Of a stretch of 64,000 nucleotides of DNA, positions 38,371-51,110 are shown in pieces. The position numbers and the translations under genes were made by a program. Every line of letters starts with the position of its first letter. The first letter of the stretch is position 1. The notes under the pieces were generated by a model that did not search any database, was not told the DNA's origin, and worked only from the letters and a program-made list of their open reading frames with translations. Origin of the DNA: Malacoraja senta (taxonomy: Eukaryota); contig CM075978.1 in assembly GCA_038087875.1 (NCBI GenBank), positions 162,254,001 to 162,318,000 of the forward strand, written 5' to 3'.

Positions 38371-41300
38371 TAACCTAGACAGTATATTGCAGCACAGAAA
38401 GAACTGCCTAATCACTAAACCTATACCATGTAATACATTCAAGCAAATTAAAAGATGACCTCCAACCATAGTGTTCAGTGACATCAGCAGTGAGGTTGTT
38501 TAAGCTGCACATTTGTAGTATATAACATCATCCAAGTCCCTTGATTGCATTACAACCTCGTAACTCCTTTTCACATATTTATTATTCTACACTTAACAAA
38601 CCTTAACTAGAATCTGTATTTACAGTATACAAATATTGACTGCATTTGAGGGCTGTACCAATAAATTATTGACAGAAATGCCTGGGAGCACATTATAATG
38701 CTGAAGGCTGAGGGCATTATAGTGCACTAAACATCACTTCTGCAACCCGAGGGACAATGGTTTACTTTATAGCTTGAACACTGCAGGCAATATTTGATTT
38801 ATTATACTCTTGGACTGAATTTATTTGTAAAAACAGGAAACCTTTGCACCCGCTTTGCACGGGCCTGCCCTTTGAGATGTCAGCTGGCAATAGTCTCTTT
38901 TCTATTGCATGGCAGCATCCTTCTCTGAAGGCTATAGCTCGCTGACATCAATTAGCAGGAACGTAGTTACCACTACTTCCATGCACATGGTGGCAGTTTA
39001 AGCACCCAGCATTCAGCTGCAGACAGAATTAAAAATAACTCATTTCAACTTTTGTGCAGTGTGAGACGTTCAGGCCTAGTATCGACTGTCTGTGGTGGCT
39101 TAAAAGCCGTTTTAGCAGATGTCCTTTCTCATATGCATACTATTACAAATGCAGTACAATTTACATTTGCCTTTTGGAGTGATTTAAAATGAAAAGCCTG
39201 AAGTAATAATGTTTCCAAAAATGGTGACTGCTTTCCTTCAAAGGCAGCTACCACATTTTAATCTTTTGTTCATGTCTAATCAGCAATAATAGCAAAAGCA
39301 TGCACTTAACCCTGTCCGCACAAGCAGTTTTCAAAAAAATTCTTAGCTTTTGGGAATGGTTAGGGACTGATTTTCAAAGAGTAGTGCTTTGCAGCAAAAG
39401 CTTAGACTTGTCTCAATTGTTATGCAACAGAAATATGGTTCATAATATACATTCATTATAAACTTTATTGTGACCTTGCATAACTTAGATTATCATCAAT
39501 GCTTTCTAAAGCAGCAGCTCAAAAGATACTAGATGGAGATCAATGGGTTAAACCATTATTTTCGAATGATCGCCTGCTGACCAATAATACAAATCATCCA
39601 TTGGGAAATTATTTACAAGAGCATTGCTGGTTATGACTAACAAGTTGTTGATTACCTGAATATAAGGATTCATTTTGGACACTGTTTTACTCAGGACCGA
39701 TATAATTATGCTTTTAAAAGAAATATCCTCTCAGCATCTGACAAGACAATATATCTCTTAACTAAATGAAATGCATGTGATATTCTGTAAACATGCCACA
39801 GTTCTGTTATTATTGACTATTATTCTACAGACATCTATTTGGCTAATTTTAAAATCAATAGGCATTAAACAATATTGACCGGAAACGCTTATTTAAAATG
39901 CAATCCCTTGTTTCAACCTCTCTATGCTGCAATATGATATTGTCACTTTTCCATTGTGATGTCAGCCCTCGCTAGTTATAAATTAATGGGAAATGATTTT
40001 CCAGAAAAAGTGCAAATTAACAGCTGAATTAGAACCAGGACGATACTAAATTTTCAAATATACTTTGCTGCAGGTAAAGATGTTCCAGCAATTAAACCAG
40101 GCATTTTGAGATGAAAGCATCTTGAGAAAATTTCATGAAATATTATATACTTCCTTCCATAATAAGTGCTAACAAAATGGTCCCAGCAATTGGCTTTGCT
40201 GCAGATAATTCAATTCTATAGTTAAATGCAAACTTTAATTACTTGGTATCCATTCAAATTAGTCTGAAACTATTGACAGCGTGCTCGATATTGGGCATTT
40301 AAGTAATGCTGGTAGAGTGTGTCTGTTCCGAATCCAGCTAACAGGCTTCCACTTCTATCATTTCCAATAAGGATGCAGCACAGTGTTTATTTCTGTGCAA
40401 ATGGACGGTGGTCATAATAGACCAAACTGCAGGGGAAAAGAATGAGAATGGAGGCTTTCCTCAGAGGAACTGTCTTTCTTTGCTTCTCTGCCTGACCTCC
40501 CCTCTTCCAGCAACATAAATCTGCCCCACCTGATAGGAGATGGGCTTTTTAGAAGCTCTGACTGTTCTTTAAGGAAACACTTCTATGAACTCTGGCACAA
40601 TAAATAACACCACCTGTAATATGTCTTTGGAAGAGTGTCAAGTCTCGCTCTCCTGCCATGAATTTTTATTTTATCATTGAGTAGATGAATTCCAAGCACG
40701 TTACTGTGACTGGATTTCTTTCAGATCTTGTAATATGAAAGACTGAAGGCTGAAATGTAGAAGCTGGGTCCAAATATGAATCAGATGGCTCATGAAATAC
40801 AATATATGATTGTGCCTCTAAATATAGCACTCACACCAACATAAACGATATCCTCATTTATCCAGTAATTTTCCACATTTTCATATTATTTATTATTATT
40901 AATATCTACAATGAATCATAAAGAACACACATTAAACCAAAGGAAAGTTTTATTTCTCATTTTCTCATTTCTCATTTTAGGATTTAACAAAATTATTGTT
41001 ATTCTGAGTAGATTTCTGTTATAGTCTAATTCTGTTATCTGCTAATTATGGCATTGTCAGTTTCCAGTAATTGTCTAAATAAACATAGTTTATGAAGTGT
41101 TTGGATGACAAAAGAACCCCAATATCATTGTATTGATGTGAAAATAATTTTATATTCTCAGTGCACTAACACCTCTTACAATCCAGCATCTGAATGTCTG
41201 ATGGACATCCAGCAGAGTGCCTGCAACTGACAGAAGTGGAGAGATGACCCCCATCCTCTCCAAAGCATCTTCCTCACCTTCCTCGGTCCTTCTAATGACT

Positions 41301-44300
41301 AGGCCCCATAAAATGGAGTCTACGCTGTGAAAGCAACGCACAGCTTGATGTGCTGAATGCAAACACTCTGGTAGAAACATGTTGCCTTGTGTGCTCAACT
41401 CCAAAGGAAGAAAAATATACGGCGATCTTCTTGAAAGAACGATACTTGTTAATAAAAAAAGTGATTGATGGTGTTAATTAATTACAGGTGCACAGTAGCA
41501 GAATTGCCGCCAGTTCTTGGGGCATACTGTATATGAAACTTGGTTCCTGAAAGGCAGCAGTAGAAGTAGACTCTTCTTGTCTCCTGTGACTCAGTTTGCT
41601 GAACTCACACACCCTGTACAAACAAAACGCTAAAGATATTTGCACGTGTACATGAAAGAGCCAGTTGCGGCCCAAGCATTCCACAGACATGGAAATATAA
41701 AGGTTAAGGTAGTGGACTAAAAACTATTTAACTAAAAGTTATTATGATAAAGTTGGACACAGAAGAAAGTCTGTAGGAATGTAACAATGTGGCTTCTGAC
41801 CGATCAAAAAGTCAAACATCAGTTCAAACACAATGTGTATATCAAGCCCAAGGGTGATTAACATAAACTATTACACCATGTAATCTATTGAGATAAATCA
41901 CTAGAGGACTTAATAAAAACCTCCTTACTTTCAAAATCACATACTTAAATTCCAGGTGTTTTTTCCACTGTAATAGTTGAATAACAGTAATGTTGCATAA
42001 AGAAGGTTGTAACTATTTTTCAATTCTTGAAGTGGAAATAGAATTAAAAGTTCTTTCTTGTCATTCTATCTTCTTCTATTTATTTATTCTCTCTCTTTCT
42101 CTTCTTTCACTACTTGTTTGGCATTCTTTCTAGAATCTTTTCTCAAAACAGGTTATTTTCTTTTCTCTGAACAGGACCTCATGCACAATTGTACCTTATT
42201 TATTTCTTACGCTTGTCTTTAATTTCTTCGCCTTTTAAGGAATCGCTTTGCTCTAGCTGTTTGTCCAATTATGACCCGTTGTTGTCATAAATCTGTCCCT
42301 CCTCTTGCTCTATCTATAATGCGTGTCCAAACACGGCCATTGTTAAAAGTCCCCTCTCAATGGAAACAAGTGCATTAGTTCCTTGATAGTCCTCGGTGGT
42401 GATTTGGCAAATATTATTCTCCTAAAACCAGATTCAATTAAGCAATAAAACTCAATTAGTGTTCCGTTATAATGCTGTTGCTGTACTTTTTAAGATAATT
42501 TGCTGTTAATTAAATAAACCTGCCATAATGCAATAGATTATGGAAATAATCTGACCCTCCACCCAACATAAATTAAAATAGTTCAGGTTCCACTACAGTA
42601 ATACCTGGAAGTGGCAAACCTGTCACAATGTACAAATCCACGTTGAAACTGGATATTCATGCAGTTTAATTCATTTCTTTAACGGGCTCCTGGTGCTTTT
42701 GAAATATATTTGGAAAAACTTGTTTTCTATTGAATACCATTCATTAACTGTTGTAAATGCGTAAGCGTGCCACATGGCTGTAGCCATGATAGGATGCTCG
42801 TAACAGTTCACATTTAATACTGTCAGAACGGTGTCTTGCATTGACATCCTCGGGGTTCACCATTTATACACCATGGACCAGCATCAGAAGCACAAGCGCA
42901 CAACTCGCGGTGAAAACGTATGAAAATAAGTTCAAGGAGCAATTTAAAACAGAGCAGGTTTTCACAGAAAATGTGACATTAATTCTGGTGACCAGGCGGA
43001 ATTCACATTGACTGAGCAGAGTAAAGGGCAAGATTTTAAATTAAGGCTGTAGCCTTATTAGGCAATGGGACGAATGGCTGACAGGAGCCAATGGTTTACA
43101 ATGACACAAATTGGTCATCTAAAATACAACAGAAGCTGATGGCTCACACACTGTGACTATGTGTGTACAATTCATTGTAGAAGCATTTTGTTTTAAAGAC
43201 CCTGCTGTAAATGCTGCCTACCAATGTTGTGAATCTGTGGAATATGTTCATATAGTCACTGGCGCAATCAGATTCCCACTGTTGTTGGTCCTTTTCCAGA
43301 TATCTCCCGTGCGGACCAGAGCTAATATAGGATTATATTTGTTAGAAAAGTTAAGATCAAATGCTAACGTTCCCCAATGAATTAAATTTCCTGCACAAAC
43401 CATGCTTCCAATGGAGTAAAATAATTTGTCATTTATTTGAACTCATGTTACATAATTAAAAATGATAATCTTCTGAAGATTGTTTGTTACAAAAATGCAA
43501 TGACACCGTGGCCTCAAAGATCCTCTTTTTAAAACAGAAGTATAGCTCCCCAAAGATCTGTTTGTCCAATTCATGAATTCAGAATCAACCAACCATTAAT
43601 ATATGCTGTGCTCATCTCCCTTCAAAGTACAATCCCCAGATAGTTTGAAAGAATATAAAGAATGGTAAGAGCAAAAATTGAGGATGAAATTACAGCAATC
43701 TCAATAACACTAGCAGAATAATATGAACTGAATTAACCACAGGCTAATATTAAGTACATTTTATTAGAAACAAAATAGTGGCAAACTGATAAGAAAAAAA
43801 CAGGGGCTGGAGTGTGTATAAATTTTCAATTGGTTTAAACTGCAGCTTCTGATAGTCATCCCGATTTTGTACTGGTTGCAAAATGATGTGCCCAATGCAT
43901 TTCATTACAACTGTAGCAATTCTCTTTGGCAGCCTGCGTAGTCCAATTTTAAAAACATTAAAAAGTGTCATACAAAATCACCCATGAATAAATCACCATT
44001 TAACACTATAAGTGCCTGAGATCCTCTGCAGCAGTAGGACCATGGCAGTTTTCTGCAATCACGTTTAACTGGTGGAAAGATGAATTGTCACAAACGTCTT
44101 ATGAATTAAACAGACCCATGGAACCACAGATCATGTCAGTGCTGACTGATGATAGACAATGCATCATTGTTTCATTTTTCACATTGGTGCATAGAGACTA
44201 CTGCTGGCAAGGAAGGGTTAAATGAATCGAGCCATTTTGTTGACAATTTAAATTCTGCAGAGACAGCAGCATATGAAAAAGCTGCAGTGTTTACCCATTA

Positions 44301-45802
44301 TCATCATCTTCCCCCCCCCCCCCCCCCCCCACATAAATGCTTCAATAAAGAGGCCTGTCTGGACCACAAAAGGAGTGACTCATTTTTCTTGGATCATAAC
44401 TTTAATGCATGTATGACTTTGTCTTGCCAAGCACACAGCGAAAAAGGAAAGGGCCGTGTTTATTCTTTATTTTTTTCCACGTTTTATTTTGCATTATTAA
44501 TATCAATAAATGGCGAGCCACAAAGCACAATTTTCTTAGCCATTTGTGGTGCAGACTGGTTGTTCAGGAAGGGTGGCCACTGCGTCGTATAAACAGGAAA
44601 GGAGCTTACAGCACACCAGCAGCATGCCAATGTCACAAAATGTGTTGTACATGTCTGGGTGGTTTATCTTAAGGCAGCAGCTGTCATCCCAACTTGTGAA
44701 AAACATGGGGAAAAAAGATGAAAAAAGATTTTTCACAATTGTGTGGCAAGGCTAGAGAATAATCATGATTTTTTTCTTCTGTGGTTTGTACCACCCTTTG
44801 CTACTCTTCAGAATCCTCATTAGTATTTCCAAATGAATAAGGCAGTATAAAGCCTGCAGATTAGATACATTAGCACCTGGGTTTCATGTGCGAATCATGC
44901 AGAGAAGCAACTTTTTCCAGGATAGCAAGTGTAAAAGTGAAATCACAACCTCCTAGAAATTCTGGAGATCACCTTAGCGTGTTCCTTGTCACCATTAAAT
45001 TGAGCTTTTGTTTGCAGCCTGCGACCTTTATTGAAAATGTACAGTACAGGGAGAAGCATATCGAGGTACTTTGTTGCACGTGTCTACCTAAAGGGAAACT
45101 CTGCAGACATTGGCAAGACCTCCAAACTCACTACAAACTGCCTCAGTGCCTTTCATAGTCCACAGAATGTGCTTAAACTAACATAAAATACTTCTTTCCA
45201 GCATTTATATAGTGACATGCTCATTCAGTGGTTGCCTCAGTAGTCATACAACTGGCAGCTCTCCATTCTCTGGGGCATTGCCACGTTTGGCAACAGTTGC
45301 CATACGTGTGACACTAATCTCTGCATGGTTCAAGATGTCATTTCCCCTCTCTTAGAAGACATCTGTATAGTTCAGACTCATAACAGGAACAATATATAAC
45401 AAACTTCAAAGGTCACACCAATTTCCAGTAAGATAGCACTAACTAATGGGTTTCCCATTCCTCGTGAAACAGTGTGATTGCAGGTTGGGTGTTGCAGGCC
45501 TGTCGCCCTACCATTTGAGTCCACAGCAATATCTTTAATAACCCATGAAATGCTCTTTCCATAGATAGTTTGGCTTCAGACAACTGCCCAGAGCAAATTG
45601 AAGGAGAAGTCTGTAATGGGTGACTGTGGGGCATGGGTGAGTGTACTGCCTGAGAGACCACGGTGGGAGGTGAATGAGCATCTTTGTGAGGGTGAATATC
45701 ATGTCCTGACTCTCACATTCGATCTGGCCAGTGCAATGATCTGCTGGCATACAGTCAAACATCACTCCTGAAGCTAAGTGGTCTAAGCTGAATGATAGGC
45801 AG

Positions 45803-46008
45803 ACACAAGAAACTGCAGATGCTGGAATCTTGCATCGAGCACAGAGTGCTGCATTAGGTCAATGAGTCAGGCAACATCTCTGGAGGACATAGATAGGTGA
45901 TGTTTTGGGTCTGGGCAAAAGAAGGATCCTGACACAAAACGTTGCCTATCCATCTTCTCCAGAGATGCTTCCTGACCTGTTGAGTTAATCCAGTATTTAG
46001 TGTTCTAC
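45803..46008. mobile_element. Fold-back Penelope-like end, older
   Basis: catctctggagg.catagataggtgatgttttgggtc versus gacacaaaacgttgcctatccat..tctccagagatg. Confidence 0.75.
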
Positions 46009-46254
46009 TAAATGACAGAGATCTTTTTCTGCTATCTTCTCCCTTTTCAAAGCGACAGTAGGACTATGCTCATTGAAACAATAATTGAATGGTGGTAGAA
46101 GCAAGTCTCTGCTCCTCCTAATTTCTGTATGTCATTTCTCTGTGCCTATAAAATATGGTGAATGCAGTGTACCCACTTGGAGGCATAACTATCTATGGGA
46201 CACGGGGGTAAAATAGGAGATAGTGGTGTAGGAGAGGGGAGAGTGTGTGTGGAT

Positions 46255-46450
46255 CGAGTCGTAAAGTCAAATTTCTTGTCATAGACACAAGTACAGTGAG
46301 ATACCATGGAAATCTTGCTTGCAGCAGCGTCACGGGCAGGGAGACTCAAACAAACACACAAAAACAAATACCAGATAAATTATACATAACATTTCTAAAA
46401 TAAAAAAAACTGCAAAAAAACAACACTTAATGCAAAACACAATTTGAAGA
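46255..46450 (-). mobile_element. Rex/Babar-type 3' UTR remnant
   Basis: gtcaaatttcttgtcata...gaaatcttgcttgcagcagc matches 50596-50670. Confidence 0.6.
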
Positions 46451-46588
46451 AATAAAGGAGGAATGGACCCGAGTGCTCCATTGTTGATGTAGGATTGTGA
46501 AGGTATGTTCAAGAACCTTGTAGTTGTAAAAGTCACAACTGGTGTGATTAACTCCATGTATGCATAGATGTGTGGGTGCGTGTGCATC

Positions 46589-46627
46589 TGTGTGTGTGTG
46601 TGTGTGTGTGAGCGAGAGAGAGAGAGA
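46589..46627. repeat. Compound (TG)n(AG)n microsatellite
   Basis: Seen directly. Confidence 0.95.
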
Positions 46628-46634
46628 AAAAGCA

Positions 46635-46960
46635 AATAGGTCCCTGGACATTAACACACACTTAATTTTTTCCCCTACATTTACACCAAGCCAATTAACC
46701 TACAAAACTCATGAAGGTGATCTCATCACATGTACAGAAGGGCAGCAGCTCTCGTAGACACAATCTCCAGGACAGGTAGCAGCAACGTATGTCGTTGCCT
46801 TTCACTCCAAATATTCAAAGTGTGGGAGGAAACCAAAGATCTTGGAGAAAACCCACGTGGGTCACGGGGATAACGTACAAACTCCATACAGACAAGCACC
46901 CATAGACAGGATCGAACCTGGGTCTCTGGTGCTATAAGGCAATAATTCTACCGCAATGCC
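46635..46960 (-). mobile_element. HE1 SINE interrupted by about 100 bp of unrelated sequence
   Basis: caagccaattaacctacaaa, a gap, then gtgtgggaggaaaccaaagatc...gatcgaacctggg. Confidence 0.8.
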
Positions 46961-47397
46961 ATCAGCGATGTACAGCTCACGTTGACATTGGGTGAAATTA
47001 TGAAATTTGTTTCAGGTTTACTTTGTGTTGGGTGGTTGCTCACTGATGTTGGAAATTACTGTATCCACAGTGCTCTGCTCTCCAGAATGACACATCAGTG
47101 GTTCCTCTCCCCCCCTGCCCCCCCCCCCCCCGCCCCGCGTGCAGGACCTTACTCCTGGCCTCCAGCGCAGCCCCCACTGATGTCCTTCTGTGTTAATGGA
47201 GGAGCTGCCTCTCTCTCCTTTGTAGTCTCTCTCCTCCGAGAAAGGCTATAACATACGTTCCTGCTACCTGCCCTGGAGATTATGTCTATGAGAGCCTATG
47301 CCCTTCTGCACATATTGATGAAGTTCATGAGATCATTTATGGAGTTGCCCAGATCCTACTTCAGGACATGTTTTCTTTTCCAAACTTCCACTCGTGT

Positions 47398-47628
47398 ATA
47401 GGAAGGAACTGCAGATTCTGGTCTAAACTGAAGATAGACACAAAAAGCTGGAGTAACTCAGCGGGACAGGCAGCATCTCTGGAGAGAAGGAATGGGTGAT
47501 GTTCTGGGTCGAGAGCATTCTTCAGACTCCAAAGATGGGTCTCGACCCAAATCGTCACCCATTCCTTTTCACCAGAGATGCTGCCTGTCCCGCTGAGTTA
47601 CTCCAGCTTTTTGTGTCTATCTTCAGTT
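47398..47628. mobile_element. Fold-back Penelope-like end with 57-bp perfect arms
   Basis: 47426-47482 is the exact reverse complement of 47572-47628. Confidence 0.9.
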
Positions 47629-48037
47629 CCACCTGTGTACTTTTGGCCAAATTCACAAATTCTTGCAGACATTTGATTGGGTGCTGGTGTTATATACAAC
47701 AAGTCCAATTTCTAGGCAAATTAAATTAATTCCTTTTCTTCAAACATCTCCCTTTAGCCATTCAAGCATAAATGTAGCCACTTTCTTGGAATATGGTCTT
47801 ATTTAATGAGATTGTTTAATCTTCTCGGTGAGTTGCAGACATATCTGCTAGAAATGACAAAAAAAATTAGCTCCAACCATTGATCATACTGTGGAGAAAT
47901 TCAACTAGGACACCAATGCAAATAATTAGACATTTTGTTTTTGCCTACTCAGATGGACTAGAGACTTGACTGCACATGCCTTACCACTACCCTTTTGCAC
48001 ACAAAAACTTTTTTAACCACCACCAATCCCTGTGAAC

Positions 48038-48358
48038 TTAGTTTAATTTAGTTTAGTTTAGAGATACAGCGCGGAAACAGGCCCTTTGGCACCGACCAGC
48101 GATCCCCGCATATTAACACTATCCTACACACACTAACGACAATTTTTTTTTAACATTTACCAAACCAATTTACCTACATACCTTTAGGACTTTGGAGTGT
48201 GGGAGGAAACTGAAGATCTTGGAGAAAACCCACGCTGGTCAGGGGGAGAACGTACAAACTCCGTACAGACAGCACCCGTAGTCGGGATTGAACCCAGGTC
48301 TCCAACGCTGCAAACGTTGTAAGGCAGCAACTCTACCACTGCACCACAGTACCGCCCT
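48038..48358 (-). mobile_element. HE1 SINE, near full length
   Basis: (TTTAG)n tail, gggattgaaccc B box on the reverse strand. Confidence 0.9.
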
Positions 48359-48847
48359 TGTAGCAGGAATACGTGGATTGAGGAGTAAGAGGACTGATGG
48401 TCTTATCTCACGTCCTTCACACTACCTTCCATGATCCATGGAGATGAAAAACTATTCCTTGGAATGTATCAGTCTGGCATCAAGTTACTTGGTAAATTTA
48501 ATCAGGATTTCAAGTTGGTAATGTGTGTGCAAGTGGGGTGGAGGTAGACATGGAGCTTCTTTTCAACTTGTAGTTAAAGCTTTGAAAGGCAGCCTGCAAA
48601 CACATGGGTGCTGATCGACATCTGTAGTATTAACAGAAGTTATCAAATGGCTAATAACTGTTTGAGGTATCAACATCATTGTACTCGAGCTACACATGGA
48701 TATGCAAATTTATTAAAGTTATGTATACGAGTTATTTTTCCCCAAAAAAAACACACAAGGACAAAATCTTCTCCAAACAATTGGGCAATAGTTTGAAATT
48801 AGGCCTTTCTCTCTTCCCCGACGGTTTCTGTTTCCTTTCCCCATTAT

Positions 48848-49210
48848 CAAATGCACAAAGTGCTGGAGTAGCTCACTAGGTCGGGCAGCATCTGTAGAAG
48901 GAGTGGATAGGTGACCATTCGGGTCAGGACTTCAGGCTGATTGTAGAAGGTGAGAGAAAGCTGGAAAGTGGTGGGCGATATAGCTGAAGGAGTTTGGGGA
49001 AACTTTGAATTAAAACAGATAATTTCAGAGAATGAGTCTAACAATAGGGCTTTTGATTGTCAGATGGGTAGACGATGGGTTGAGATGAAAAGGAGACAAA
49101 GGGGTATCAGATCAGTAGAAGAGAAATAAAATGTAAAACCAGAGGGCGGGATATAGGTGGATGGGGATGGAGTTACTCAAGATTCCAGCATCTGTAATTC
49201 CTTGTGTCTT
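48848..49210 (-). mobile_element. Penelope-like 3' region with a short inverted end
   Basis: cacaaagtgctggagta...ttcgggtc..cttcagg, purine tract, then gattccagcatctg. Confidence 0.7.
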
Positions 49211-50139
49211 CAGACTATAAACTTATTTTGATTGGTAATGAAGAAATAGGCATATCAAATGGCTTGCTTTGAAATCAAAATCAGGCTCATTTGGCACTGT
49301 CACCCAAAGATAAATTTCAACACCTATGTTGTGCTAAGAAATTACCTTTCCTTAATTCTGCAAATGTCCTTCATTCCACAGCCAAGATTAGAAACTTGCT
49401 ACCTGTGCAGTACTTAGACACTGTAACACTGCACTCCTTTAATTACCATTTAAAAAAAACAATGGCCAAGCAATTGCCAACAAAAAAGTGAATGCATGGA
49501 CATTAAGTAATGGAAAAACAGGAATATCTAACTGAGATGCAAGACAACGAGATAGCAGCTCTTCATTTCATGTACATAGGCTTTTGATCATATTTTACAT
49601 TTTGCTGGAAATGTAAGCAGTTGTTTAACTTCCATAGGGTTCTGAAGTAGATGAGATAACTATACCAGTACTTTCATTCTACCATTTGCAATTGATGGTT
49701 GGTGTGCTGCAAACTGGATGACTGCGCTACCGAAACAAGTTTAATAAATAAATAAATAAATTCTAAGTTGCTTACCGTATCTGAAACATTACTGGTATAA
49801 TGGATAAGGTGGCGTTGCATTTTCTTTTGGCGCACTATTGTTATGAAGCAAAGTTGAAGCTCTAATAGATAACAGAACCCAAAATGCCCAATCTTCTCAT
49901 ACATATTTGCAAACAAAATGCGTATGGAGGTTTGTTCAAAAGCACTGCCGGTTTGGAGGATGATTGTTTCCACAGTAAAAAGATTTTCCTACAGGTGTCC
50001 ATCAATGGGACCTGTCCTTTGTGAATGGTGCACATTAACTCTGGCTGCAACAGTTTTTCAAATCATTGTGTCGGAAGGAACCGAAGATAAAAGCTGGAGT
50101 AACTCAGGGGGACAGGAAGCATTTCTGGAGAGAAGGAAT

Positions 50140-50174
50140 GGGTGACATTTCGGGTCGAGACCCTTCTTCAGACC
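50140..50174 (-). ncRNA. Minimal type I hammerhead ribozyme motif within a Penelope-like end (50072-50174)
   Basis: Reverse complement ggt-CTGAAGA-A-GGGTC tc GACCC-GAAA-T-GTC-acc; 3-bp helix I (ggt/acc). Confidence 0.7.
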
Positions 50175-50595
50175 ATTGGATGGCTTCCACTTTTCTTTCC
50201 TATTGTTCGAGTTATTCTCTGAAATTATTTGTTTTTCCAGTTAGAAGGAAAAGCATGTACGATGACTTAGAATGGCAAAGAAGAATCATGAGATTGATTA
50301 ACTTTTTTTCCTATTTGGACAAATCAATGGTGAGTAATAAAGTCACACTCCATTTCTCAGACTCAATCTCCAATGCACATGCAATGAAACCATTTATTTA
50401 ACATTAATTTCCCCCAAAATAAATGAATCAATATTCTACAATAAAACTTCTTAACATCCTACTTAGTGATGACAAGCTGGAACATTATTCGGAACATATA
50501 TTTCTGGTATTAGTATTGGTAAAGCCACATCCCATGCACAATAAATACCATGTCCTCCAGTATTGGCGAATGAGCAAGGCATCGATGAGAAATAG

Positions 50596-51110
50596 CAAGT
50601 CAAGTCAAGAGTGTTTTATTTTCATATGTCCCAGATAGAACAATGAAATTCTTACTTGCAGCAGCACAACAGAATATGTAAACATAGTACACTATAAACA
50701 ATATAATAAATGAGAAATATACACATACCCACATATACATATATAACGCACACATACATATCTATACATGTACACACACGCACACCTATGTACACATAGA
50801 AAACAGACAAACAATAATAGTACAATGATAATAATAATAGTCTATGTAGTTCAGAGCTTATTTGAGGTTGGAGTGTTTAATAGCCTAATGGCTGCAGGGA
50901 AGAAACAGTTCCTGAACCTGGATGTTACAGTTTTCAGGCTCCTGTACCTTCTTCCCGATGGCAGGAATGAAATGAATGTGTGGCCAGGGTGGTGTGGGTC
51001 TCTGATGATGCTGGCTACCTTTTTGAGGCAGCGACTCCGGTAAACACCTTCGATGGTGGGGAGGTCAGAACCCGTGATGGACTGGGCATTGTTCACAACT
51101 GTTTGCGAAC
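50596..51110 (-). mobile_element. Rex1/Babar-type LINE 3' end
   Basis: ORF 50851-51156 AQSITGSDLPTIEG..RCLKK..SIIRDPHHPGH..LPSGRRYRS..SRFRNCFFPAAIRLLN; AATAAA plus (CTTGA)n tail. Confidence 0.9.

Noticed and set aside
41478-41615. Minus-strand exon after the acceptor ttttgtttgtacag
   Set aside because: No good donor and the peptide is unrecognisable
44149-44592. 147-aa ORF with polyproline
   Set aside because: The proline run comes from a poly-C tract; no recognisable domain or splice structure
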